This document shows, in pieces, positions 37,778 to 46,181 of a DNA stretch of 64,000 nucleotides. The notes under the pieces were generated by a model, which was not told the DNA's origin, ran no database searches, and worked only from the letters and a program-made list of their open reading frames with translations. A program made the position numbers and the translations under genes. The stretch is from Candidatus Latescibacterota bacterium (GTDB lineage Bacteria; Latescibacterota; UBA2968). Where the stretch lies: NCBI GenBank assembly GCA_965205975.1, contig OZ242195.1, positions 4,000,001-4,064,000 on the forward strand. The letters run 5' to 3'. How positions within the stretch are numbered: the stretch's first letter is position 1; each line of letters starts with the position of its first letter.

Positions 37778-38884
37778 ATGACAATACCCAACACAGTACT
37801 CCCCATCACAATGATGGACTCAAAACTGGACTCTCTAACATTTGACCTGCCATCTGACCTGGAAGCGGGCGAACCGCCCGAAGCGCGCGGACTCAGTCGG
37901 GACCAGGTGCGGTTAATGGTCTCCTGGCAAAGCGATGATGCGATAGAACACATCGCATTTCGCGACCTGCCCGACGTGCTCCATGCGGGCGACGTCGTCG
38001 TCATCAACACCAGTGGCACGCGCAAAGCATCTCTGCCCATCATTCGGCCCGATGGAACAGAACTCAGACTGCATCTATCAACGCAACTGCCCGCCGACAT
38101 GTGGGCAGTTGAAGTGCGCCAATCCAACGGTATCGCAACACAACCTTTTTCTCATGCACAAGCAGGCGAAGTCTTCACATTGCCCGGCAGTGGGTCCGCA
38201 CAACTGCACGCGTCCTATCGCCCCGAACTGAGGCACGCCCCCGACGCCGATATTCGTCTGTGGATTGCAACCCTGAACTTGCCTCATGACCTGGACACCT
38301 ACCTGGACATATACGGCATGCCGATCCGGTATGGCTATGTGCAAAACGACTGGCCCATTGACTATTATCAAACCGTATATACAACAGAAGTGGGCAGCGC
38401 TGAAATGCCATCAGCCGGCAGAGCATTCACACCCAAAATCATCACAAAACTGGTCGCAAAAGGCATACAAATTGCCCCCCTGATCTTGCACACAGGCGTG
38501 GCGAGCCTGGAAGCCGATGAACCGCCTTATGAGGAATACTACCGCGTATCAGCCGAAACAGCGCGGGTAATCAACAACGCGCGAAAAAACGGCGGACGGA
38601 TCATCGCCGTTGGCACAACAGTCGTGCGCGCACTCGAAACCGTAGCCGACAAAACCGGCCAGATCTCTCAGGGCGAAGGATGGACATCCCTGATAATCTC
38701 GCCCGATCATCCCATGCAGATTGTAGATGGCTTGCTCACTGGAATGCACGAACCGAGTGCCACACATCTATCCATGCTCCAGGCATTGGCGGGATTAGAC
38801 CACCTCAAACTGACCTATGAAGCCGCACTCAACAAAAATTATTTGTGGCACGAGTTCGGCGATCTACATTTGATTTTACCCTGA
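37778..38884 (+). CDS. QueA-like protein (SAM:tRNA ribosyltransferase-isomerase family, divergent)
   Basis: GDVVVIN, YQTVY, GSAEMPSAGRAF, LHTG, AVGTTVVRALE, LLTGMHEP, HEFGDLHLI. Confidence 0.85.
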   Translation: MTIPNTVLPITMMDSKLDSLTFDLPSDLEAGEPPEARGLSRDQVRLMVSWQSDDAIEHIAFRDLPDVLHAGDVVVINTSGTRKASLPIIRPDGTELRLHLSTQLPADMWAVEVRQSNGIATQPFSHAQAGEVFTLPGSGSAQLHASYRPELRHAPDADIRLWIATLNLPHDLDTYLDIYGMPIRYGYVQNDWPIDYYQTVYTTEVGSAEMPSAGRAFTPKIITKLVAKGIQIAPLILHTGVASLEADEPPYEEYYRVSAETARVINNARKNGGRIIAVGTTVVRALETVADKTGQISQGEGWTSLIISPDHPMQIVDGLLTGMHEPSATHLSMLQALAGLDHLKLTYEAALNKNYLWHEFGDLHLILP

Positions 38885-38940
38885 ACACGCGGTATATTGA
38901 GCCACTACCGATAAGGAGAACCGTCAAAATAGGAAAACAA

Positions 38941-40029
38941 ATGTTCATAATTCACGAAATAGACGACAACATCCGCAGCGCCTATGGCATGACAGTCGCC
39001 GATATCACAGACAACGGACACCTGGACATCGTAGTCGGTTCTATGGGAACCTCGATGATCGCCCTGTACGAAGGACCTCATTTTGAAAAACAGATCATAT
39101 CAGAAGCGCACCCCGGCACCATCGCACTATCGGTATTCGACGTCACGGGTAACGATCAAAAAGACATCATTGCGAGCAGCGGATTTGGGCGAAGACAGCG
39201 GATCCCGCCGGAGTACTTACACTGGTTTCAAGCATCTGAAGACAGCGACACCTGGACACAGCACTTCATCGACTGGGTACCCTATTCACACCGCATAGCA
39301 ATGGTAGAAGTCAACGGTCAACCCCTGCTATTTGTCGCAACACTGCAAGGACCGGGAAGCCAGATCAACGACTTTGATGCGCCGGGTGAACTGTGGTGTT
39401 ACCGCATACCGCAAGACCCCGTAAATGAACCGTGGGAAAAGCGATTAATCAACGGGCAGTTGAGACTCAACCACGGCCTGAGCGTATGCGACGTAGATGG
39501 CGATGGCCGCATGGACTTACTGCTCGGCACGCGCGACGGCCTGATCTGGTTTGAGCCGCCCAAAGGGGACGGATTCGCGGAAAAATGGAACCGATGGACC
39601 ATAAGCCCCCGCGAAAGCAGCGAAACCTTTGCCGTAGATATGGATGGCGATGGCATCAATGAAATACTCTCCATCGAACCCTGGCACGGCAATGAACTCG
39701 TCTGGTACAAAGCCACTGGCGACATCCGAACAGGCGCGTGGGAACGCCATCTAATCAGCGACAAACTCAACCGCGGACATTCCCTCTGGTGTGGCGACAT
39801 AGACAGCGACAACGCACTGGAAGTCATCGCCGGATACAACGGACCCGGCACAGCCCTCAACATCTATCGCCCAGAAAATTTAGAAACAGACACCTGGCAC
39901 ATTGAACAAATCGACAACCGCATTGGCATGGGGCAAATGGCAATCGAAGACCTCACCGGCACCGGCAAATTGGACATCGCCGCAAGCGGCATGTCAACGG
40001 GCAATGTGCGGTGGTATGAACAAATTTAA
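38941..40029 (+). CDS. FG-GAP/VCBS-repeat beta-propeller protein
   Basis: Repeated DxxGxGxxD motifs; NHG, IEPWHGN, RGHSL; start moved to MFIIHEID. Confidence 0.8.
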   Translation: MFIIHEIDDNIRSAYGMTVADITDNGHLDIVVGSMGTSMIALYEGPHFEKQIISEAHPGTIALSVFDVTGNDQKDIIASSGFGRRQRIPPEYLHWFQASEDSDTWTQHFIDWVPYSHRIAMVEVNGQPLLFVATLQGPGSQINDFDAPGELWCYRIPQDPVNEPWEKRLINGQLRLNHGLSVCDVDGDGRMDLLLGTRDGLIWFEPPKGDGFAEKWNRWTISPRESSETFAVDMDGDGINEILSIEPWHGNELVWYKATGDIRTGAWERHLISDKLNRGHSLWCGDIDSDNALEVIAGYNGPGTALNIYRPENLETDTWHIEQIDNRIGMGQMAIEDLTGTGKLDIAASGMSTGNVRWYEQI

Positions 40030-40065
40030 ATCGTCGTCAATTAATCCCAAACAAAGGAGAAAAAC

Positions 40066-40386
40066 ATGTTCTTCGAACTACGTCAATATCGCACCCAACC
40101 GGGAAAACGAGAAGAATGGGTTGCATTCATGGAAAGCGAAATCATCCCATTTCAAATATCAAAAGGCATGGTAGTTATCGGCAGTTTTGTCGGCGAAGAA
40201 GAAGAAGACCTCTACGTGTGGATCCGCCGATTCGAGAGCGAGGAACAAAGAGAGCAACTCTACAAAGCCGTCTATGAAGACCCGTATTGGACTGACACCC
40301 TGAGCGATCAAGTAGGCGCATTGATCGACCGAGAACGCATTGTAGTAACGCGCCTCAACGCAACACCGAGGTCCGTGATACAATAA
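40066..40386 (+). CDS. NIPSNAP-family protein
   Basis: MFFELRQY..QPGK, YVWIRRF. Confidence 0.9.
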   Translation: MFFELRQYRTQPGKREEWVAFMESEIIPFQISKGMVVIGSFVGEEEEDLYVWIRRFESEEQREQLYKAVYEDPYWTDTLSDQVGALIDRERIVVTRLNATPRSVIQ

Positions 40387-40950
40387 ATGGACAACTTTGC
40401 CCATCACAATATTCACCTGAAAACAGAAAACTTGAAGCTTCGGCCATTTGAAGAAACAGATTTCGATCTCGCGGTCCCTTTTTATCGAGATCCCGATTTT
40501 CTGAATGCAATGGAAGGAGAGCCGCCCGAAGAACCCGTGACAGGTGACTATCTCAGACGCGTGGGCAAGCACATGGCAAAACAGGGCTTCCTATTTGCAA
40601 TTGAGGAAAAGGCGAGCGGACGAACCATTGGCGAAGTGTGTTTACAGTGGATGAATTTGGAACGGGCAAAAATCGAGGGAGAGAAGGTCATGCGCTTGCC
40701 CATTGGGATATGGGACAAATCCCAATGGGGCAAAGGCTATGGAAAAGAAGTAGTGCGACGCCTGATGGCGTACGCATTTGAGGAATTGGAAATCAATCGA
40801 TTCTGCGCGATGGATGTACATGCAGACAACGAACGTTCAAAAGCCTTGTGGCGGTCGTGTGGATTGACCGTCTCAAGAGAAATGGATAACGGAAAGATAC
40901 TGGACTTCGAGATCACACGATCGAAATACAGGAGATTAAGTCTTGGCTAA
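40387..40950 (+). CDS. GNAT N-acetyltransferase (RimJ/RimL type)
   Basis: LKTENLKLRP, WGKGYGKE, NERS. Confidence 0.88.
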   Translation: MDNFAHHNIHLKTENLKLRPFEETDFDLAVPFYRDPDFLNAMEGEPPEEPVTGDYLRRVGKHMAKQGFLFAIEEKASGRTIGEVCLQWMNLERAKIEGEKVMRLPIGIWDKSQWGKGYGKEVVRRLMAYAFEELEINRFCAMDVHADNERSKALWRSCGLTVSREMDNGKILDFEITRSKYRRLSLG

Positions 40951-41233
40951 TACGGAAAAAGAATTGACGATCAAGTTGCCTGAGTCACTCGTCGAAATAC
41001 TCGGTGGTGCCCAGAAAGCAACAAAAGAAGCCACTCGGGCAACAGTTTTGGATTTGGTGCGTACAGGAAAAATCAGTGTGGGAAAGGGAGCAGAGTTACT
41101 TAACCTGTCCCGGCATGATTTTTTCGATCTCATGAATGATCATCATGTGCCTGCGATTGATTACTCCCCAGAAAATTTCGAATATGAGCTTCGTGGACTG
41201 CGCGAGAAATTTGGAAAGATGTCTTCGCCATGA
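40943..41233 (+). CDS. UPF0175-family antitoxin
   Basis: GKISVGKGAELLNLSRHDF; TTG start. Confidence 0.85.
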   Translation: MANTEKELTIKLPESLVEILGGAQKATKEATRATVLDLVRTGKISVGKGAELLNLSRHDFFDLMNDHHVPAIDYSPENFEYELRGLREKFGKMSSP

Positions 41234-41724
41234 CAGCAGTTGTAGATGCCAATATTCTTATTCTTTTTTCGCGATCTAACCTTTTTCATTTATTGACAGA
41301 AGTTTTTGATTCTATTTTGATTACTGCAGATATCTATGAAGAAGTGGTCTTAAAAAGTGCTGGTCGCCCAGGTGCTGATGAAGTTCAGAAAGCTCAAAAT
41401 ATCGCACAGCAATCCCTCAAGCAACCAGAATGGTTGACAAAGCTAACCGAGTATAATATTGATTCTGCCGACGCTTCAATTGTTCAACTGGCATCTGAAT
41501 GCCACCCGGATTTTTTACTGAGCGATGACCGGCGAGTGAGAGAAATAGCTCAACGTCTTGACATACCAATTATGGGTAGTGGAGGCTTGCTGATTGCGGC
41601 AAAGAATCGGGGATTGATTCCTGAAGTTACATCTCGGCTCAATCAATTGAGATTACACGGGGCGAGGATAAGTGAGAGAACTTATCGCGATATTCTAAGA
41701 GCCGCTGGCGAACAGGTCGTTTGA
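41230..41724 (+). CDS. PIN-domain toxin (DUF3368 family)
   Basis: VVDANIL, YEEVV, LLSDDRRVR, GSGGLLIAAK. Confidence 0.87.
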   Translation: MTAVVDANILILFSRSNLFHLLTEVFDSILITADIYEEVVLKSAGRPGADEVQKAQNIAQQSLKQPEWLTKLTEYNIDSADASIVQLASECHPDFLLSDDRRVREIAQRLDIPIMGSGGLLIAAKNRGLIPEVTSRLNQLRLHGARISERTYRDILRAAGEQVV

Positions 41725-41750
41725 GTTCGCGATTCTTCCTTGAGGTTTTA

Positions 41751-43532
41751 CTACCAAAAACTAACAAACCCCGTGAGTTCAAGCCGACGTTTCACGCGTT
41801 GGAGTTTGTGTGTTGAACGGGGATATGTGGAATCGCAAAAAGCGATCAGCGCGTCCAGCAAACCGGCGAGTTCATCTCCCGCGCCGGACAGGCGTGGGAG
41901 AATTTTTTGTAAAATCTGATAATCAAAAGCATCTCGGGGCGTAAACTCCGGCGCATTTGATGGAAGCCCCTCAATCAAATCAAGCGCATACGCCATATAG
42001 ATGAGAACCTCGTCGCGAATGCGATAGCCAAAATGCAAATCCTCCTCGGCGAGCATCGCATTAATCTCCTCCAACGGCTCATTCCACGCAACAACCTCAT
42101 CGCGGTGGCGGACATCCTCCAACTGGCGATAGGGCCGATCAATAAGCGCAGCACCCAGAGCGCGCAGAGCCGTCGAATCAATCTGCACCTCGGGATCATA
42201 ATCCGACAACCCCAGATCAACCCGATCAAAAGCAACCGTATTTGCCCTGTCCAGCACCTTGGGACTAAACGCATAAGTCGTCTCATCCATATTGACCGTA
42301 CCCGCAACAAACAAATTGGGCGGAATGGGCAAACGCGAAGGCACATCTCCCATCTCATCCGTTGACACCACATCCCCACCCTGCGCCAATTCAATCGGAT
42401 CTGTCGTCCACGCCCCATCGGGCGTGCGCCTCGCCGTCTCCATAACACTCAAAAAATCGGCAAAATAGTGTTCCACACGGGCGAGATTCATCTCGTCCAA
42501 ACACACAAAATAGGGACGGTCCGGATCGGCTTGTGCTTCGCACATCGCCTGAAGCAACGCACCCGGGCGAAACACCCCCGTAAGCAAATTTTCAAACCCG
42601 AGCAAATCGCGCACATCATTCCAATCCGGGCGCACCGGAATCAGGCGATACCCTCTCGCCCGACCCTGATCCAGACCATTGATCGCCTCGGCCAAAAGCC
42701 GAATCACCGTACTCTTCCCCGTCCCGGATATCCCAGCCAGAATGAGAAAAGGTTTGGTCTTCAGGCACAAATAGAGATTGAACAACATACTCGCTTCAAT
42801 ATGGAAATTCTTCAGCGCCGTAAACCGGTAAAGATCGCACAACAACTCCGCCTCCACAGGCACAAGCGCATCCCGCACAATACTGGCTTCTGAGGGATCG
42901 GGCATATTATATACAATGCTACTTTTAGAGAGCCTGTATCGAGCCTCTGTAAATACCGCATACAGCGCGTAGAGGTCCTCCAACACCACCTTAATATCTT
43001 CAACAAGCGCTGGCACCGCAGCTTCATCCGGCATAAGAATCGACCCGACAAACAGCGAACGATCAACCCCCTCGAGCCTGGATGGCGACCACGGCACCGA
43101 ACGACCGGGTGACGCCACAATAATATCACCAGCCAAACAGCGATACCCTTTGCGCGGCACCAAACCGCGAAACTTCTTGCGGTCTGCAATAGCCGCTTGC
43201 ATCGCCTCGACAGTCCACCAGCCAGAGTAAAAACCTATAGCGACGGCATTGTGGTGCAGATAAATACCCAGCTGAGGCAACCGGGGAAACGCGCTCTTTT
43301 TTAATTTTTCATCTACAAAATAGAGACACGCGTGATCCCGGGGCCGATCGGGATTGGAGCGAAAATTAGTCGTCGTATAAATCGGTGAAATAACAGCCGT
43401 GAGGTCTGGATGCTGTTTCGCGAGGACGGGTTCGATCTCATCGCGCAGGACTTGCATGCGCCCATGCAGATGCTCAGCACCTATGCGCGTGCCATTACAG
43501 GCGAGAAAATCGTTGGGAGAGAAAGAGAACAT
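41751..43532 (-). CDS. McrB-like AAA+ GTPase with DUF1054-like N-terminal domain
   Basis: KPFLILAGISGTGKS, VRPDW, LDEMNLARVEHYFADFLS, GTVNMDETT, FSPKVLDRA, QKILPRL. Confidence 0.9.
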   Translation of the reverse strand: MFSFSPNDFLACNGTRIGAEHLHGRMQVLRDEIEPVLAKQHPDLTAVISPIYTTTNFRSNPDRPRDHACLYFVDEKLKKSAFPRLPQLGIYLHHNAVAIGFYSGWWTVEAMQAAIADRKKFRGLVPRKGYRCLAGDIIVASPGRSVPWSPSRLEGVDRSLFVGSILMPDEAAVPALVEDIKVVLEDLYALYAVFTEARYRLSKSSIVYNMPDPSEASIVRDALVPVEAELLCDLYRFTALKNFHIEASMLFNLYLCLKTKPFLILAGISGTGKSTVIRLLAEAINGLDQGRARGYRLIPVRPDWNDVRDLLGFENLLTGVFRPGALLQAMCEAQADPDRPYFVCLDEMNLARVEHYFADFLSVMETARRTPDGAWTTDPIELAQGGDVVSTDEMGDVPSRLPIPPNLFVAGTVNMDETTYAFSPKVLDRANTVAFDRVDLGLSDYDPEVQIDSTALRALGAALIDRPYRQLEDVRHRDEVVAWNEPLEEINAMLAEEDLHFGYRIRDEVLIYMAYALDLIEGLPSNAPEFTPRDAFDYQILQKILPRLSGAGDELAGLLDALIAFCDSTYPRSTHKLQRVKRRLELTGFVSFW

Positions 43533-43920
43533 AAATATTGCCTGTTGTCATTATTTATTCTTCAAAGATTGCGCCTGAACATACCCAATTTATTTTGCAA
43601 TAGAAAAATCGGGCCGCCTCGCTCGGCGTGTACCAATATTGATTTCATAACCCAATGTAGTTTATACTGCTTCTCGATGTTACACAAATTTTTAGCAATA
43701 TGGAAGGAGTTTTTCATATCTTTGCACGTCAAGTCATCGTATTTCTTATCCTATTCAATACGAAGCCCTGCCCGTGAACGCGCCGAAATTCCCGGTTCAT
43801 CACGACCCCAAAGATGACTCATAACGTAAAAGACATTCATCACCTCTATGAGTTTAACTTGATTTCAAAAAAAAATGAATTATATTACAAGTTTGTCACT
43901 ATTATGCCACTGCGACGAGC

Positions 43921-44068
43921 GGCCCTGCTGGGCTGGCATTAGCCCAGGCTTTCGCAATTATTGTGATGGTAAGGTGCAATCAGTGGTGGCATCTCAACCC
44001 GGCCGTTACCATTGGGCACGTTTGTAGCGGGAAGTGCAGGCAGTGGTAATGCTATTAAATACATTGTC
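43921..44068 (+). pseudogene. Frameshifted aquaporin (MIP) remnant
   Basis: Segments GLALAQAFAIIVMV / GAISG / HLNPAVTIG / FVAG...NAIKYIV lie in shifting frames. Confidence 0.75.
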
Positions 44069-44127
44069 TTTTGTCTGTCAATGGTGATGGTGAAGAATAT
44101 GTAACGCGACACAAAATCAATTCTTTA

Positions 44128-44163
44128 ACAAAGCGCAGAGAGCAAAGCTGTTCTCTGCGCTTT
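44128..44163. terminator. Hairpin/terminator, copy 1 of direct repeat
   Basis: AAAGCGCAGAGAGC-loop-GTTCTCTGCGCTTT; 33 of 36 nt identical to 45589-45624. Confidence 0.8.
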
Positions 44164-44424
44164 GTATTTATACGGGAAATTTTATGGTAGATAAGCAAAT
44201 TTTTTTACTGAGCGGGGGGGAATTGTCTTGACACTGCTTCTTTATTTACATTTTTTAACATAATAACATAAGAAATTCTACATTTACAAATAAGAAAATA
44301 AAAAAAGGTTTTTCACCTTTTTCATGACGGGGATGGTGCATTTTGTAGCATTCCGTCGGTACGGTAACCGTTGCGGCTGCGTGATAGCGCAAGCCGTGAC
44401 ACAACCACATTCTGGGAGGTAGAA

Positions 44425-44751
44425 ATGGCAAGCAGAATTATTGTAGTCCTGGTCACCATTCTCGCGATTGTGCAGGGCTTGTTGCCCGACGCAATCCCCG
44501 GGGGACTTGTGCCGCTTGCGCTGGTGGTTCTGGGCCTACTTTACGCGAGAGTGGCGGTCGATGCTGAGGACGCGACAGCCTATCTGGTCGTTGCGCTTGG
44601 GGTCGGCGCTGCTGCAGGTGCGGATGTGTTGAGCAACATCCCAGCGATAGGCGAGAGCCTGGACGCCATCGTCGATCCGATCAGTACCGCTTTGTATGCC
44701 GGCGTCATAACCATAATTGTGACGAGGGGAGTAAACCGCATCAAGGGTTAG
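44425..44751 (+). CDS. Small hydrophobic membrane protein, paralog 1
   Basis: 108 aa, ~4 hydrophobic helices, RBS TGGGAGGTAGAA. Confidence 0.88.
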   Translation: MASRIIVVLVTILAIVQGLLPDAIPGGLVPLALVVLGLLYARVAVDAEDATAYLVVALGVGAAAGADVLSNIPAIGESLDAIVDPISTALYAGVITIIVTRGVNRIKG

Positions 44752-44820
44752 AGATGACTGGCGGATCAGCGACCTGTAACCGCAGGTCTGATACACTAAC
44801 TTATTTTGGGAGGTAGAAAT

Positions 44821-45147
44821 ATGGCAAGCAGGATTATTGTTAGCTTGATCGCCGCTCTGGCGGTTATTCAGGGCTTAGGGGTTGACGCGATCCCTGCGGG
44901 ACTTGTGTCGCTCGCCCTGGTGATTCTGGGCCTGGCCTACGCGGTGGTGGCGGTCGGCGCTGATGACGAGACGTCCTACCTGATCGTTGCGCTTGCAGTC
45001 GGTGCTGCAGCAGGTGCGGATGCGTTGAGCGGCATCCCACAGCTTGGTGCCCACCTGGACGCCATCGTCGATCCGATCAGTACCGCTTTGTATGCCGGCG
45101 TCATAACCATCCTCGTAAAGGGAATACTAAATCACCTCAAGGGTTAA
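44821..45147 (+). CDS. Small hydrophobic membrane protein, paralog 2
   Basis: 108 aa, same RBS; shares LDAIVDPISTALYAGVIT. Confidence 0.88.
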   Translation: MASRIIVSLIAALAVIQGLGVDAIPAGLVSLALVILGLAYAVVAVGADDETSYLIVALAVGAAAGADALSGIPQLGAHLDAIVDPISTALYAGVITILVKGILNHLKG

Positions 45148-45191
45148 AACGGCTACGTGATAACACAACTAACTTATTCTGGGAGGTAGAA

Positions 45192-45560
45192 ATGGTAGTC
45201 AGAATTATTGTTGGCCTGATCGTCGTTCTGGCGATTCTTCAGGGTTTGGCGGCCGACGCGATTCCCGAGGGGATTTTGCCGATCGTGCTGGTGGTTCTGG
45301 GCCTGGTGTACGGGGGGATGGCAGTTGACGCGGAGGACGCGACATCTTACCTGGTCATTGCGTTTGCGGTCGGCGCTGCTGCAGGTGCGGACGTGTTGAG
45401 CCACATCCCAGCGATAGGCGAGAGCCTGGACGCCATCGTCGATCCAATCAGTACCGCTCTGTATGCCGGTGTCATAACCGTACTCGCAACGTTGATATAC
45501 AATCGCCTCATAGGCGGCGGTGATGGTGGCGGTGAAAGTGCTGGCGGCGGTGAAGAATAG
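45192..45560 (+). CDS. Small hydrophobic membrane protein, paralog 3 (acidic Gly-rich tail)
   Basis: 122 aa, same RBS and core; ends GGGDGGGESAGGGEE. Confidence 0.88.
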   Translation: MVVRIIVGLIVVLAILQGLAADAIPEGILPIVLVVLGLVYGGMAVDAEDATSYLVIAFAVGAAAGADVLSHIPAIGESLDAIVDPISTALYAGVITVLATLIYNRLIGGGDGGGESAGGGEE

Positions 45561-45588
45561 TTAAAGTTACACAGAATTTTGTTATATT

Positions 45589-45624
45589 ACAAAGCGCAGA
45601 GAGCAATGTCGTTCTCTGCGCTTT
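45589..45624 (+). terminator. Hairpin/terminator, copy 2 of direct repeat
   Basis: Same stem as 44128-44163, just after paralog 3. Confidence 0.8.
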
Positions 45625-45642
45625 CTTCATACAGGAGATTTT

Positions 45643-46179
45643 ATGGGAATAGATAATCTGCGATCGGCAATGCCCGACTATGCGCGGGACATTCGATTGA
45701 ACCTGGGATCGGTCATATCTGCGTCGCGTCTCGACCCGGCAATGGCCTGGGGATCGGCACTCACAGCGGCACTGGTGTCAAAAAATGCACAGGTGATTCA
45801 GGACATCGCCGAAGACGCGCAGGCTGTTATGGACGAAAAACACATAAAAGCAGTGAAATCCGCTGCTGCCATGATGAGCATGACCAATGTGTGGTATAAA
45901 TTCACCGATCTCATTCGGGATAACGAAATAAAGAAACAACCACCCAAATTGCGAATGAATGCCGTGCTGACCCACGGCGGTGTCGATCGCGCATTGTTCG
46001 AAGCGTGGAGTCTCTCGGCAAGCGTGGTGAACGCGTGTGGCATTTGTGTAAACGCACACGCATCGCAATTGAACAAACTGGGCATTGACACCCAACAAAT
46101 CGCAGACATCGCCCGCATTGCCACCGTAATAAAATCAGTGGCCGATACGCTATCCTTTGAAACATTGTCCAATGGTTAA
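45643..46179 (+). CDS. ahpD: Alkyl hydroperoxide reductase AhpD
   Basis: PDYARDIRLNL, MSMTNVWY, LRMN, FEAWSLSAS.VNACGICVNAH. Confidence 0.92.
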   Translation: MGIDNLRSAMPDYARDIRLNLGSVISASRLDPAMAWGSALTAALVSKNAQVIQDIAEDAQAVMDEKHIKAVKSAAAMMSMTNVWYKFTDLIRDNEIKKQPPKLRMNAVLTHGGVDRALFEAWSLSASVVNACGICVNAHASQLNKLGIDTQQIADIARIATVIKSVADTLSFETLSNG

Positions 46180-46181
46180 AC

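Noticed and set aside
43560..43825. Stop-interrupted - strand frame upstream of the McrB-like gene as an mcrC remnant
   Set aside because: No PD-(D/E)xK or McrC motifs are visible; cannot be supported.
44425..45560. Array proteins as SMR transporters, Fluc channels, ATP synthase c subunits or gas vesicle proteins
   Set aside because: Size is similar, but the diagnostic motifs of each family are absent.
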